Of a stretch of 64,000 bases of DNA, positions 8,768 through 19,487 are shown one piece after another. A program made the translations under genes and the position numbers. The notes beneath the pieces were generated by a model, which had not been told where the DNA came from, did not search any database, and worked only from the letters and a program-made list of their open reading frames with translations. Origin of the DNA: Deltaproteobacteria bacterium (GTDB lineage: Bacteria > UBA10199 > JACPAL01 > JACOUP01); assembly GCA_016177765.1 (NCBI GenBank), contig JACOUP010000003.1, positions 95,384 through 159,383 on the forward strand, given 5' to 3'. The first letter of the stretch is position 1, and each line of letters starts with the position of its first letter.

Positions 8768-9724
8768 ATGCAACTAGCCTTGGGTATCGATGTCGGAGGA
8801 ACGAATACGCGAGGGGTCCTGGTCGGTCCCGATGGGAAGATTCTCCAGCGTCAGCAGATCCTTTCTGAATCCCGGATGGGTCGGGGGCGTTTTGTGGTCC
8901 GATTAAAACAGTTGATCGACGATTTGGTGTCAATGTCTGCTTCAAGCGGGTCATCTCTCAGAGGCATCGGCATCGGTTTGCCGGGAATTCTCGATTCCAA
9001 AGAGGGGATTTTATACGCCTCTCCCCATTTTGAGGATTGGAAAAACTGGAAGGTGAGGGAGGAGCTGGAGAAAATCATTGGCCGGCCGCTTCTGCTGGAT
9101 AATGACGCCAACTTTGCCGCCCTGGGGGAGTCTTGGAAAGGGGCCGGCCGGGATTGGGAGAATTTTCTCATGCTGACTTTAGGAACCGGCATCGGCGGCG
9201 GTATTGTGATCGGGAAAAAATTGTGGCGTGGGGACAGGGGATTTGCCGGGGAGTTCGGCCACATTGTGGTGGAGAGCGAAGGGGTGCGTTGTTTTTGTGG
9301 CGGCCGCGGTTGTCTTGAAATGTATGCCTCGGCGACCGGTCTGAAGACCTTGATTGACCTGTCTCCGGAAGAGACCGAGAAACGGCGATTTCTGCAGATT
9401 TTCGAACGAGGGATTGAAAATATCACCGTCGAAGAGGTCCACAACCTTGCGAGGGATGGGAACATCTTTGCCGTCGGTCTCCTCAAACGGATCGGGTATT
9501 ATCTGGGGATCGGTGTGGCCACCCTGGTGAACGCCTTTGGCCTGGAGAAGGTGATTCTCGGTGGGGGGATTGCCCCGGCCTGGGATTTTTTTATCGGCGA
9601 TGTCAAAAAGGAGATAGCCCGGAGGACTTACAGGGAAACAGCCTCAAAAGTTCAAATAGCACCGGCCCTCTTAGGGAACGACGCCGGCATTCTCGGGGCG
9701 GCCTCGGCAGTTTTTAGTCAGTAA
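8768..9724 (+). CDS. ROK family glucokinase
   Basis: MQLALGIDVGGTNTRG ATP-binding N-terminus and ROK zinc motif CFCGGRGCLE. Start set at ATG 8768, so the track's N-terminal extension is removed. Confidence 0.85.
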   Translation: MQLALGIDVGGTNTRGVLVGPDGKILQRQQILSESRMGRGRFVVRLKQLIDDLVSMSASSGSSLRGIGIGLPGILDSKEGILYASPHFEDWKNWKVREELEKIIGRPLLLDNDANFAALGESWKGAGRDWENFLMLTLGTGIGGGIVIGKKLWRGDRGFAGEFGHIVVESEGVRCFCGGRGCLEMYASATGLKTLIDLSPEETEKRRFLQIFERGIENITVEEVHNLARDGNIFAVGLLKRIGYYLGIGVATLVNAFGLEKVILGGGIAPAWDFFIGDVKKEIARRTYRETASKVQIAPALLGNDAGILGAASAVFSQ

Positions 9725-11229
9725 TCAGACAAATAAGTGGGCGAGAACCAGAGGTAATAGGCGATCTGAAATTCTTTGTCTGCCGGTAGGGGGCGTGAAA
9801 CAACCGATCCTTTTTCCGGGTACCGGACGTCCTGGGCCAGGGCGATGTTGACGACCGGTTTTTCGGCCTTGATCCCGAAGTGGGAGAGATCAATATATTT
9901 TCTCAACTCCTCCGGGCGGATGTCGGGGAACGGCATAAAGTTGGAGGTGAAAATGCCGTTGGAGTGGGAGGCGAGCAACGCCCCGTGTGATCCCTCGACG
10001 TGGGCGTAGATTCCGGAGACTGTTTCCAGCGTCCTCAAGAGTGTCTTGTCGGCTGAGGTGTAACCATCCTTGAGACTCACGATCAGGTTGGGGGGGTTCT
10101 CGGTCAGGGTGAAAAATCCGTCGTAGATCCGGTGGAGGGCATCCGGGTATTGGTGATTGAGGGTTATTGGGAAGAGGTCTTCATCCTTGATAAAACCGTT
10201 TTGGTCGACCTTCCCCTCGGCGGATAGTTTCTGAAGCAGGGGGGCATAGTTGAGTGGGTCCCCCGTGAACGGGTGGTAGCGGTAGCCTCTCTTTCCGTGC
10301 TCGATTTCGGCACTCCCTTCCTTTGAAAGGACCACAACCTTGTTGCCGGACCGGTAGGTGATCAGGTCCACCGCCTTGTCCTGGATCAACGATTCAGCCA
10401 GTTCCCGGTCATGGCGTCCGGCGGTGTGGAGCGTTGTGACGGTTGCGAATCCTTCCACCACTTTCACGACACTCCGGTCGTCATGAAGGGCCTCATCATA
10501 ATGGAATCCTTTTTTGGCGAGGATCGCCTCCCAGTCGCGGAATTTCAGAGGAATCATATTGTTGCCGTGATCGGAGACCAGCATCAGGAGAAGGGGACGC
10601 CCGGTCCTTTCCTCGTACTTGTGTAAAATTTCCTTGAGGCGGGCGTCCAGTTTTGTCAAAAAGCCCTTTGTTTTTTCCCGGCCCAACATGTGGGCGAGGG
10701 CATCGGTGCCGCCGATATAGCCAAAAAAGATCGGGTCTTCGGAGCGGAAAAAGGCCTCTTCGAGCTGATCGATCTCTCTCAAGGTGGTGGCGAGGGGGAA
10801 TATGAAAGAACCCAGTTTTTGAAGTGTGTTGTTGTCCGAATACTGCACGATTCTCTCCCAGCTCATCGCCCCGACAAGGGCGGTCAGAGCGCCGTAATTT
10901 TCCTCCTTCTTGTTGTTCTGGATGTTAAAATAACCGCGGACATAGCCGGGCAACTTCTTGTCGGTGAACATCCGGGCAAAGGAGGGGTTGGAAATGGAGG
11001 GGAAGGGGGCGATCATCCGGGCGGTCGGGTAGAGGTAGCCAAAAAGTCCCTCCCGCTGGGTCTCCTGAAAGAGGTGGTAAGGGATCCCGTCCAGCAAAAG
11101 GACAAGAAGCCTTGGTTGACGTCCCGAGCGTTCGGACGATTTCGCCGAAAAATGGTTAGAAAAGAAAAAAACGACCGTCATCAACAGTGTCAGAAAGACC
11201 GCAAACCGGACTATTGCCTTTTGGAGCAT
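9718..11229 (-). CDS. Alkaline phosphatase / nucleotide pyrophosphatase-phosphodiesterase family protein (membrane anchored or secreted)
   Basis: N-terminal hydrophobic helix, metal-site-like motifs LLVLLLDGIPYH and LMLVSDHGN. Confidence 0.65.
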   Translation of the reverse strand: MLQKAIVRFAVFLTLLMTVVFFFSNHFSAKSSERSGRQPRLLVLLLDGIPYHLFQETQREGLFGYLYPTARMIAPFPSISNPSFARMFTDKKLPGYVRGYFNIQNNKKEENYGALTALVGAMSWERIVQYSDNNTLQKLGSFIFPLATTLREIDQLEEAFFRSEDPIFFGYIGGTDALAHMLGREKTKGFLTKLDARLKEILHKYEERTGRPLLLMLVSDHGNNMIPLKFRDWEAILAKKGFHYDEALHDDRSVVKVVEGFATVTTLHTAGRHDRELAESLIQDKAVDLITYRSGNKVVVLSKEGSAEIEHGKRGYRYHPFTGDPLNYAPLLQKLSAEGKVDQNGFIKDEDLFPITLNHQYPDALHRIYDGFFTLTENPPNLIVSLKDGYTSADKTLLRTLETVSGIYAHVEGSHGALLASHSNGIFTSNFMPFPDIRPEELRKYIDLSHFGIKAEKPVVNIALAQDVRYPEKGSVVSRPLPADKEFQIAYYLWFSPTYLSDY

Positions 11230-11303
11230 GGCTGGGGGATACCATCCGCTCCTCTTTTTTGCACCTTGTTTTTAGGGGCTTTCTTTGATAGCCGAGGAGG
11301 CTC

Positions 11304-13718
11304 ATGTACCTTAAGCTCGCCCGGCCGGCCGTTCGTCTTTTTCATCGGCATCCCTTGATTGTTCTGACCGTCATCTTCCTCGCATTCGCCGCAGCCATCC
11401 CCTCAACCATCCGGCTTTTCGGCACAATCCAGACCGATCTTTCGGCCCTTCTTCCGGAGAGCTACCACAGTGTCCAGCTGATCAGGAAGGCTCGTGACAA
11501 GATGGAGGGGTTGGGCAGTCTCATCATCGTCCTCGAAGGAGATAAAAGGGAAGGGATTATCCAGTTTGCCTCCGATCTTTCGAAGAAACTTTCAGGGGAT
11601 TCCCTCATCAAGGAGGTGGTTTCCACAAAACCGGGGTATCAGTTCTTTTCCGATCACAAACTCCTCTATGTTGATCTGGAAGACCTTGAGGAGATTCGGG
11701 ACCGGATCGACCGGCGCATCCAGAGGGAAAAACTCGGTGGGTTGCTGATCAATCTGGAAGAGGGGAGATCCGGCGACAGGCTGGATTTCAAGGATATTGA
11801 AGAAGAATACCGAAAGAAATACTCCGAGGGGAAAAGAAGCCCCTATTATGAAAGTGATGATGGCCGGGTTTTTCTTATTCATGTTTACCCGACGGGGACC
11901 AGCTCCGACTTCGGTTTTGCCAAAAAGGTGACCCGGTATGTCAGCGGTGTCGTCGAGGACTTTGATATTGCTTCTTACGATCCTTCCCTGAAGGTTTATT
12001 ACGCCGGGACCTTTCAGACACGGATTAATGAATACAACGCCCTGATCCAGGATCTGGCCCTGGCCGGACTGATTGCCGTTGTCGGCATTACCCTCCTCCT
12101 TTTGCTCCGGTTCCGCAATCCGGTTGTCCTTCTCTTGTTGTTGGCCCCGATGGGGATAGGACTTGTCTGGACCTTTGGACTGACCCGTCTCTTTATCGGG
12201 AATCTCAATGTGGTAACCTCCTTTCTCTTTTCGATCCTGAGCGGTTTGGGGATTGAATTTGGCATCCATCTCTTTTCCCGCTATCTGGAGGCGAAGGAGT
12301 CGGGCAAAGAGCCCCTGGCCGCCATTGAGGAAATGATTACTTCCGTGGGACGGTCCTCACTGACCAGTTCGGCAACGGCGGGTGTCCCGTTTCTTCTCCT
12401 GGGGTTTAACGATTTCAAAGGTTTTTCCGAATTCGGTCTCATCACCGGTTCCGGTATTTTCATCACACTTCTGGCCTATCTGCTGACTCTCCCGCCTCTC
12501 ATTGTCATTTTGGAGAGATTCCATCTCCTTCGGGTCAGGGCGATCCACAAGGGACTTTTCCTGCACAATCGGGGGACGCGGTTTCATTACGCCCGGCCGC
12601 TGTTCTGGGGAGCCCTCATCCTTTCGATGATTTGTCTAGCGTTCATTCCCAGACTCCGGTTCGAATATGATTTCAACAAGCTGAAACCGAAGCTTCCCTT
12701 CCATGAGGAGATCCGGAAGAAGGTCCACAAGGTGGTGCCTCCGGTCAACAGTCCGGCGATGGTTATTGTTGAGAGGGATGAAGAGGCCGCACTGATCAAG
12801 GAAGCTCTTCTGACCAGGAAAAAGCTGACTTCTTCCAGTCTTATCCAGGGGGTGAAGATTGCGACAGACCTGGTTCCCAAAGACCAGGAGGCCAAGGAAA
12901 AGATTTTATCGGATATTCAGAAGATGATCGAGGAACCCCTGATTCAAAAGGGGATCAAGAAAGGGGGGAGAAAGAAGGCATTGGACGAATTCGTCCGCTC
13001 CCTGGATGTGCCGCCGGTCACCCTGGATGATGTTCCTGACGAGGCGAAACGGATCTTTTATGGCAGGAAGGAGGTCCCCGGACAGGTTATTTTCATCTTT
13101 GCCGATCCGGATGTGGAACTCTCGGATGGCCGGATCGCGATGCGTTTTCAGAGTGAGGTGGCCGAGATCCCGACGGCCGTCAAGACCTACCACGCTACGA
13201 GTGACGCCATCGTCTTTGCCGATGTCTTGAAGGTAATGCTCCGGGACTCTAAGAAGGCGATAGCGTTGGCCGTTTTCGGGGTTCTTTTCTTTGTTATTCT
13301 CGATTTCAGAAAGCCAATTCGTGTTGCCCTGGTGATGCTTCCGATTGTCGGCGGCATCTTTTGGATGTGCGGTCTGATGGGGATGATCGATTTCCGGTTC
13401 AGTTTTTACAACATGGTGGTCATCCCGTCGGTGGTTGGCACGGCCATCGACAACGGGGTTCATATGTACCATCGGTACATGGAAGAACGTTTCAGTGCCG
13501 TTGGCAAAGTCGTCCGGACGGCGGGACAGGCGGCCTTTCTCTCCTCCCTCACCAACATCATCGGGTTTCTGGGGCTTGTTTTTGCGGAGCATAATGGGCT
13601 TGCTTCTATTGGAAAAGCGGCGATGATCGGCATGGTGGCCTGCATGGTCTGTTCCTTGACCCTTTTCCCGGCCGCTTTGCAGTTGCTGGAGGACTGGCGC
13701 AAGAAAGGGACGTTGTGA
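11304..13718 (+). CDS. MMPL/RND-superfamily transporter (HpnN-like, 12 TM with two periplasmic loops)
   Basis: 804 aa with two 6-TM bundles separated by large soluble loops. GGAGG RBS precedes ATG 11304. The stop overlaps the trpE start (GTGA). Confidence 0.8.
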   Translation: MYLKLARPAVRLFHRHPLIVLTVIFLAFAAAIPSTIRLFGTIQTDLSALLPESYHSVQLIRKARDKMEGLGSLIIVLEGDKREGIIQFASDLSKKLSGDSLIKEVVSTKPGYQFFSDHKLLYVDLEDLEEIRDRIDRRIQREKLGGLLINLEEGRSGDRLDFKDIEEEYRKKYSEGKRSPYYESDDGRVFLIHVYPTGTSSDFGFAKKVTRYVSGVVEDFDIASYDPSLKVYYAGTFQTRINEYNALIQDLALAGLIAVVGITLLLLLRFRNPVVLLLLLAPMGIGLVWTFGLTRLFIGNLNVVTSFLFSILSGLGIEFGIHLFSRYLEAKESGKEPLAAIEEMITSVGRSSLTSSATAGVPFLLLGFNDFKGFSEFGLITGSGIFITLLAYLLTLPPLIVILERFHLLRVRAIHKGLFLHNRGTRFHYARPLFWGALILSMICLAFIPRLRFEYDFNKLKPKLPFHEEIRKKVHKVVPPVNSPAMVIVERDEEAALIKEALLTRKKLTSSSLIQGVKIATDLVPKDQEAKEKILSDIQKMIEEPLIQKGIKKGGRKKALDEFVRSLDVPPVTLDDVPDEAKRIFYGRKEVPGQVIFIFADPDVELSDGRIAMRFQSEVAEIPTAVKTYHATSDAIVFADVLKVMLRDSKKAIALAVFGVLFFVILDFRKPIRVALVMLPIVGGIFWMCGLMGMIDFRFSFYNMVVIPSVVGTAIDNGVHMYHRYMEERFSAVGKVVRTAGQAAFLSSLTNIIGFLGLVFAEHNGLASIGKAAMIGMVACMVCSLTLFPAALQLLEDWRKKGTL

Positions 13719-15193
13719 GGTTGCGCAAGAAAAATCAATTGGTCCCGATACGCCTCAGGAAGGATGTTGACTGCGAGACGCCGGTTTCTCTTTTTCAGAA
13801 ACTGAGATCGCCGGGGCCGTCATTTTTATTGGAGAGTGTTGAGGGGCAGGAAAAGTGGGCTCGGTACAGTTTTATCGGTTTGGAGCCTTTGGCCCTGTTC
13901 CGGAGTAAAGGCGATCGTGTACACCTTGACATCGCCGGACGGGAATCGAAAAAACGGGTCAAAGACCCACGGGTCGAGGACCCTTTCAAGGAGTTGGAGA
14001 AACTCTTTCATTCCTATTCGGTTGCCCTTGATTCATCGGAGGTGAGTCATTTGCCCCGCTTTTTTGGCGGGGCGGTTGGCTATCTTTCCTACGATATGGT
14101 CCGGTTCTTTGAAAAACTGCCTCGCCATGGCCGGGATGATCTCCAACTCCCCGATTCCATTTTCATGATCCCGCGGGTTTTGCTTATTTTTGACAATATT
14201 CGGCACACGCTGGAGATCGTCGGGTTTGCGGAGAGGGGGGAGGAGAAGAAGGTGGAGGCGCGCCTGAAGGAGATTTCGGAGAAGATTGATCAAGGGGGAA
14301 GCGGGTGGCGAGGGGAACTCCCCCGCCAATCGGGGGAGATGTCCCATAGGGACAGAGAGGGCGGTCAGGGCGCCCCTACAAAATTGAATTGGTCCCCCGC
14401 CGCTTTTCAAAAAGGGGTTCGGCGGGTCAAGGAGTATATCCTGGCGGGGGATGTGACGCAGACCGTTTTGTCGCTTCGGGAGTCACGGGATTATTCCGGG
14501 GATCCGTTTCATCTCTACCGGTCGTTACGTCGCCTGAACCCGTCTCCCTACATGTTCTTTTTCGATTTTGGTGACCTTCAACTGGTCGGGGCCTCTCCGG
14601 AGACGATGGTTCGGTTGGAGGAGGGACAGTTGACTCTTCGTCCGATCGCTGGCACACGGCCAAGGGATCCTGACCCGATCAAGGATGCCGCCCTGGAAAA
14701 AGAACTGTTGAATGATCCCAAGGAAAAGGCGGAACATATTATGCTCGTTGATCTGGGGAGGAACGATCTGGGACGGGTCGCCCGCACAAAGACGGTGACG
14801 GTGGACCAGCTGATGATTGTGGAGAGGTACTCCCATGTCCGGCACCTGGTTTCCAACGTCCGTGCCGAACTGGCCGACGGGAAAAACGCCTTTGACGTGA
14901 TCCGGGCAACCTTTCCGGCCGGGACGCTCAGTGGTTCCCCCAAAATCCGGGCGATGGAGATTATTGAAGATCTGGAGCCGACCCATCGTGGACCGTACGG
15001 CGGGTGCGTCGGCTATTTTGGTTTTTCGGGCAATATGGATATGGCGATCACCATCCGGTCTGCCGTGATTCACAACGGGCGGATTCATATCCAGGCGGGG
15101 GCCGGGATTGTTGCCGATTCAGACCCGGGACGGGAGTATGAGGAATGTAGGAACAAGGCCAAAGGGGTGCTCGATGCTCTTGATGATCGATAA
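13715..15193 (+). CDS. trpE: Anthranilate synthase component I TrpE
   Basis: Chorismate-binding signature ([31 protein letters not shown]). GTG start overlaps the upstream TGA. Confidence 0.95.
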   Translation: MRLRKKNQLVPIRLRKDVDCETPVSLFQKLRSPGPSFLLESVEGQEKWARYSFIGLEPLALFRSKGDRVHLDIAGRESKKRVKDPRVEDPFKELEKLFHSYSVALDSSEVSHLPRFFGGAVGYLSYDMVRFFEKLPRHGRDDLQLPDSIFMIPRVLLIFDNIRHTLEIVGFAERGEEKKVEARLKEISEKIDQGGSGWRGELPRQSGEMSHRDREGGQGAPTKLNWSPAAFQKGVRRVKEYILAGDVTQTVLSLRESRDYSGDPFHLYRSLRRLNPSPYMFFFDFGDLQLVGASPETMVRLEEGQLTLRPIAGTRPRDPDPIKDAALEKELLNDPKEKAEHIMLVDLGRNDLGRVARTKTVTVDQLMIVERYSHVRHLVSNVRAELADGKNAFDVIRATFPAGTLSGSPKIRAMEIIEDLEPTHRGPYGGCVGYFGFSGNMDMAITIRSAVIHNGRIHIQAGAGIVADSDPGREYEECRNKAKGVLDALDDR

Positions 15194-15746
15194 TTACGAT
15201 TCTTTTACCTACAACCTCGTCCAGTATTTTCTGGAACTGGGAGAAGAGGTGAAGGTTTACCGCAATGACGAAATCACCCTTCGGCAGATTGAGAGAAAGA
15301 AACCAGCGAAGCTGGTGATCTCACCGGGACCTTGCTCTCCCAAAGAGGCCGGGATTTCCGTGGCGGCGATCAGGAAATTTCAGGGGAAGATTCCGATCCT
15401 CGGGGTCTGTCTGGGGCATCAGTCGATGGCGGAGGCGCTGGGGGGGAAGGTGATCCGCGCCCCTCGTCTGATGCACGGGAAGACCTCGCCGATTCTGCAC
15501 GACGGCAAGACCCTGTTTACCAGTTGCGAGAACCCGTTTGAGGCGACACGGTACCACTCTCTCATTGTTGAGAGAAAAACCCTGCCGGATTGTTTTGAAG
15601 TCTCTGCCTGGACCGCCGAACAAGAAATTATGGGGATCCGCCACAAAAAAATCCTGATGGAAGGGATCCAGTTTCATCCTGAATCGATCCTGACGCTGGA
15701 GGGGAAGAAAATTTTAAGGAACTTTCTCGAATTATGCCGTCGCTAG
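15174..15746 (+). CDS. trpG: Anthranilate synthase component II (glutamine amidotransferase) TrpG
   Basis: [18 protein letters not shown], catalytic ILGVCLGHQ and FHPES. Start at the internal ATG 15174, a 20-nt overlap with trpE. Confidence 0.95.
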   Translation: MLLMIDNYDSFTYNLVQYFLELGEEVKVYRNDEITLRQIERKKPAKLVISPGPCSPKEAGISVAAIRKFQGKIPILGVCLGHQSMAEALGGKVIRAPRLMHGKTSPILHDGKTLFTSCENPFEATRYHSLIVERKTLPDCFEVSAWTAEQEIMGIRHKKILMEGIQFHPESILTLEGKKILRNFLELCRR

Positions 15747-16717
15747 AAACAGCATTGCGGGAGATCATGTCCGGCCGGATGCCGGAGGGAGAGGTTTCCT
15801 CCTTCCTCACGACACTTCGGGACCGGGGTGAAACCGTTGAAGAAGTGACTGCGGCGGCCTCGGTGATGAGAGAATTTGCCGTCAAGAGTGGCTGGTCTCT
15901 GGAGGAGGGGGTCGATACCTGCGGCACCGGAGGGGATCAGAAGGGGACCTTCAATATTTCAACGGCCGCCGCCTTTGTGGTGGCCGGGGCTGGGGTCAAG
16001 GTGGCAAAACATGGAAACCGGAGCGTCAGCTCCCAGTGCGGGAGCGCCGATCTCTTGGAGGCGTTGGGGGTGAAGATCGATTTGCCCCCCGAGTCTGTTA
16101 AAAAATGTGTCGACGACACCGGGATCGGTTTCTTTTTTGCCCCGCGGTACCATCCGGCGATGAAAAATGTGGCGGCGGTCCGGAAAAAAATCGGCACCCG
16201 GACTATCTTTAATCTCTTGGGACCGCTTTTGAATCCGGCCGGCGTCAGGCACCAGGTGATCGGCGTTTTTGATCAAAAGTGGATCGAACCGATGGCCCGG
16301 GTGGCGGCGAGGCTTGGCTCCAGTCATGTTCTTGTGGTTCATGGGGAGGATGGGCTTGATGAAATCACGCTGACCGGCCCAACGACTGTTGCCGAATTTA
16401 AAAATGAGAGGGTGATTCACCCAAAAATTTCTACCTTTGTCGTTCAACCGGAAGATTTCGGTTTTAAACTCTGTTCTCTGGAAGATTTAAGGGGAGGGGA
16501 TGCCAAAGAGAATGCTTCGACCCTGAAGGCTGTTCTAGAAGGACTTGAGGGGCCGATCCGCGACGTGGTGATCCTGAATGCCGCGGCCGCTTTAGTTGCG
16601 GTGGGTCGTGCCGAGGATTGGCATCAGGGGGTTCTATTGGCGAAACGTTCTCTGGATCATGGGACGGCCCTCAACTGTTTGCAAAAGATGGTGGAGGTTT
16701 CCAATCGTGATTCTTGA
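15734..16717 (+). CDS. trpD: Anthranilate phosphoribosyltransferase TrpD
   Basis: [17 protein letters not shown] and KHGNRSVSS motifs; 327 aa. Confidence 0.95.
   Translation: MPSLETALREIMSGRMPEGEVSSFLTTLRDRGETVEEVTAAASVMREFAVKSGWSLEEGVDTCGTGGDQKGTFNISTAAAFVVAGAGVKVAKHGNRSVSSQCGSADLLEALGVKIDLPPESVKKCVDDTGIGFFFAPRYHPAMKNVAAVRKKIGTRTIFNLLGPLLNPAGVRHQVIGVFDQKWIEPMARVAARLGSSHVLVVHGEDGLDEITLTGPTTVAEFKNERVIHPKISTFVVQPEDFGFKLCSLEDLRGGDAKENASTLKAVLEGLEGPIRDVVILNAAAALVAVGRAEDWHQGVLLAKRSLDHGTALNCLQKMVEVSNRDS
16410..16424. repeat. GGGTGATTCACCCAA motif copy inside trpD, in a different reading frame from the copies in the giant ORFs
   Basis: Exact 15-mer shared with 55584-55598. Read here as R-V-I-H-P-K. 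Confidence 0.6.
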
Positions 16718-17525
16718 TAAGATTTTAAAATACAAAAAAGAAGAACTGGAATCCCTCAAGCGTCGCCATTCCTTGAAAGACGTTGAAAAAGAGGCGGCTG
16801 ACCAGAAACCGGCCCGTGATTTTATGGGGGCCTGTAGGGGCGGTTCGCGAACCGCCCGTACCCGAATCATCGCCGAAATCAAAAAGGCCTCCCCCTCGGC
16901 AGGGGTGATCCGTGAAGATTTTGATCCCCTTCGTCTGGCCTCGACTTACGAAGAAAACGGGGCGGCGGCACTCTCCGTTTTGACGGACGAGCATTTCTTT
17001 CAAGGGTCTCTCGAACATTTAAAGAAGATTCGCAAGGCGATGGGCCTTCCGCTCTTAAGAAAAGATTTTGTCTTTGACGAGTATCAAATTTTTGAGGCCC
17101 GGGCCGCAGGGGCCGATGCGGTCCTGCTCATCGTCAGGATTCTGGAAAAGGCCCAGTTGAAGGATTATCAGGCCATGGCCATGGAGTTGGGAATGGCGGC
17201 GCTGATCGAGGTGCATGATGAAAAGGAGATGGGAATTGCTCTGGATTTGAATTCTCCTTTGGTAGGGATTAACAACCGTGATTTGGACACGTTGAAGGTT
17301 GATTTGGAAACGACCGAGAAATTGATGAATTTTGTAGGGGCGGCCCCCGTGCCTGCCCCTACATTTATCTCCGAATCCGGCATCTCCTCCCGTGCCAATA
17401 TTGAAAGACTGCAGAAGGTTGGCGTTCATGCCTTTCTGGTAGGGGAGATCTTGCTCAGGGAGAAAAATGTTGGGTACAAGTTAAAAGAACTCTTGGGACA
17501 GACCTCTCCCCGTCCCTCTCCTTAG
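16707..17525 (+). CDS. trpC: Indole-3-glycerol phosphate synthase TrpC
   Basis: [12 protein letters not shown]..., IAEIKKASPS, INNRDL motifs. GTG at 16707 has GGAGG 9 nt upstream and overlaps the trpD stop. The last codons and the TAG lie inside a palindromic element. Confidence 0.9.
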   Translation: MILDKILKYKKEELESLKRRHSLKDVEKEAADQKPARDFMGACRGGSRTARTRIIAEIKKASPSAGVIREDFDPLRLASTYEENGAAALSVLTDEHFFQGSLEHLKKIRKAMGLPLLRKDFVFDEYQIFEARAAGADAVLLIVRILEKAQLKDYQAMAMELGMAALIEVHDEKEMGIALDLNSPLVGINNRDLDTLKVDLETTEKLMNFVGAAPVPAPTFISESGISSRANIERLQKVGVHAFLVGEILLREKNVGYKLKELLGQTSPRPSP

Positions 17526-17559
17526 CTAAGGAGAGGGTGGCCGGAGGCCGGGTGAGGTC
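17501..17559. repeat. CCCTCTCC / GGAGAGGG / GGGTGAGG palindromic element, copy 1 (trpC-trpF junction)
   Basis: 24-nt perfect palindrome CCCTCTCCTTAGCTAAGGAGAGGG (17514-17537), then GGCCGGAGGCC and GGGTGAGG. Outer arms are GACCTC/GAGGTC. Confidence 0.8.
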
Positions 17560-17570
17560 TGAACACAACT

Positions 17571-18188
17571 ATGATCTTCGTCAAGGTTTGCGGCATTACC
17601 AATCTCGATGACGCGCTCGATGCGGTTGAATTCGGCGCCGATGCCGTTGGGTTTAATTTTTACAAAGACAGCCCTCGTTATATCGATCCCGAGAGGGTTT
17701 TGGAAATCCTGGAAGATCTTCCCCCGGCGGTCGCCAAGGTCGGTGTTTTTGTGAATGAGAAAGAAGAGGCGGTCAAGGGGATCTCCCAGTTTCTCTCCCT
17801 CGATTTTCTCCAGTTTCACGGAGATGAGACCCCTTACTATTGTGAACAGTTTGCGACCCCTTACTGGAAGGCGTTCCGTTTGAAGGATGAGCAGACGCTG
17901 GAATTGATCGGGAAGTACAAGCCGGATGCCTTTCTGATCGATGCGTATGTTCAAAAGATGTGGGGGGGGACAGGGGTGACGGCCCATTGGGATCTGGCGG
18001 CCCGTGTAAAAGAAAAAGGACGTATCATTTTGGCGGGTGGGTTGAGGCCGGAGAATGTTGAGATGGCAATTGCCACCGTCAAACCGTATGGTATTGATGT
18101 CTGCTCCGGTGTGGAGGAGAAACCGGGCAGAAAGGATCATTACAAACTGGAAGAATTTTTAAGAAAGGCGAAAGGTGCGACTACCTGA
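17571..18188 (+). CDS. trpF: Phosphoribosylanthranilate isomerase TrpF
   Basis: [15 protein letters not shown]..., [15 protein letters not shown] motifs; 205 aa. Confidence 0.9.
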   Translation: MIFVKVCGITNLDDALDAVEFGADAVGFNFYKDSPRYIDPERVLEILEDLPPAVAKVGVFVNEKEEAVKGISQFLSLDFLQFHGDETPYYCEQFATPYWKAFRLKDEQTLELIGKYKPDAFLIDAYVQKMWGGTGVTAHWDLAARVKEKGRIILAGGLRPENVEMAIATVKPYGIDVCSGVEEKPGRKDHYKLEEFLRKAKGATT

Positions 18189-19347
18189 TAAGCACGGGCA
18201 TTTCGGTATTTACGGCGGCCGCTATGTCGCCGAGACCTTGATGCCGGCCTTGAAGGGGTTGGAAGCGGCTTATCGCAAGATTGTTTCTTCCCGGTCCTTT
18301 AAGGAGGAGCTTCTCTATTATCAAAAACATTATGTTGGCCGGCCGACGCCGCTCTACTATGCCGAACGATTGACCCAAAAAGCAAAAGGGGCCCGCCTTT
18401 ATTTAAAACGGGAGGACCTTTGTCATACCGGGGCCCATAAGATCAACAACACCTTGGGCCAGTCTCTCTTGGCGAGAAGGATGGGGAAGAAGCGGGTCAT
18501 CGCGGAGACGGGGGCCGGTCAGCATGGAGTGGCGACCGCCACGATGGCGGCGTTGTTGGGCCAAGAGTGTGTCGTCTACATGGGTTCGGAAGATATCAAA
18601 CGCCAGGAGCCGAATGTTTTTCGAATGAAGTTACTTGGAGCAAAAGTTATTCCGGTCCAATCCGGGTCAAAGACCTTAAAGGATGCCCTGAATGAGGCGC
18701 TTCGGGATTGGATCACGAACATCGAGACCACCTATTATTGCATCGGTTCGGTGGCGGGACCGCACCCGTACCCGATGATGGTCCGGGATTTTCAATCGGT
18801 CATCGGTCGTGAGGTCAAACAACAGGCGCTGAAGCGACCTGATTATCTTGTTGCCTCTGTCGGTGGTGGCTCCAACGCGATGGGGCTTTTTTATCCTTTC
18901 TTGCAGGACAGGCGGGTTCGGATGATCGGTGTGGAGGCGGCTGGCAGTGGTCTTTCTTCGGGCCGTCATGCGGCGACGCTGGTGGCGGGATCCGTCGGGA
19001 TCCTCCATGGTTCCAAGTCGTATCTCCTTCAGGACCGGTTTGGTCAGGTGACCGAGACCCATTCCATCTCTGCCGGGCTTGATTATCCAGGGGTTGGTCC
19101 CGAACACAGCTATTTAAAGGATACCCGGAGGGTTCAGTACGTTGCCGTCACCGACAAAGAGGCCCTCGCGGCGTTTCATCTTTTGACGGAAGAGGAGGGG
19201 ATCATCCCGGCACTCGAATCGGCCCATGCTATTGCCTATGCGATGAAACTGGCCCGTCGTCTTCCGAAGACCAAGACGATCGTTATCAACCTCTCCGGCC
19301 GGGGGGATAAGGATTTGGGGACGATTGTCCACCATAAAACCACTTGA
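18175..19347 (+). CDS. trpB: Tryptophan synthase beta chain TrpB
   Basis: [22 protein letters not shown]-lysine motif [20 protein letters not shown] start overlaps trpF by 14 nt. Confidence 0.97.
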   Translation: MRLPDKHGHFGIYGGRYVAETLMPALKGLEAAYRKIVSSRSFKEELLYYQKHYVGRPTPLYYAERLTQKAKGARLYLKREDLCHTGAHKINNTLGQSLLARRMGKKRVIAETGAGQHGVATATMAALLGQECVVYMGSEDIKRQEPNVFRMKLLGAKVIPVQSGSKTLKDALNEALRDWITNIETTYYCIGSVAGPHPYPMMVRDFQSVIGREVKQQALKRPDYLVASVGGGSNAMGLFYPFLQDRRVRMIGVEAAGSGLSSGRHAATLVAGSVGILHGSKSYLLQDRFGQVTETHSISAGLDYPGVGPEHSYLKDTRRVQYVAVTDKEALAAFHLLTEEEGIIPALESAHAIAYAMKLARRLPKTKTIVINLSGRGDKDLGTIVHHKTT

Positions 19348-19386
19348 AAACTAGCCCCGGTTCTGACATTAATCAAAGAGATTCTC

Positions 19387-19469
19387 TCCTCCCCCTTGAG
19401 GGGGGAGGATAAAGGAGAGGGTGGTCCTGTGGTCACCCTCCCCTTAGTCCCCTCCCATCAAGGGAGGGG
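19387..19469. repeat. Cluster of three GC-rich hairpins related to the CCCTC/GAGGG element family (trpB-ispG spacer)
   Basis: TCCTCCCCC-ttgag-GGGGGAGGA (19387-19409); GGAGAGGGTG...CACCCTC (19414-19440); CCCCTCCC-atcaa-GGGAGGGG (19449-19469). Confidence 0.75.
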
Positions 19470-19487
19470 GGAGTTTACCGGGGATTT

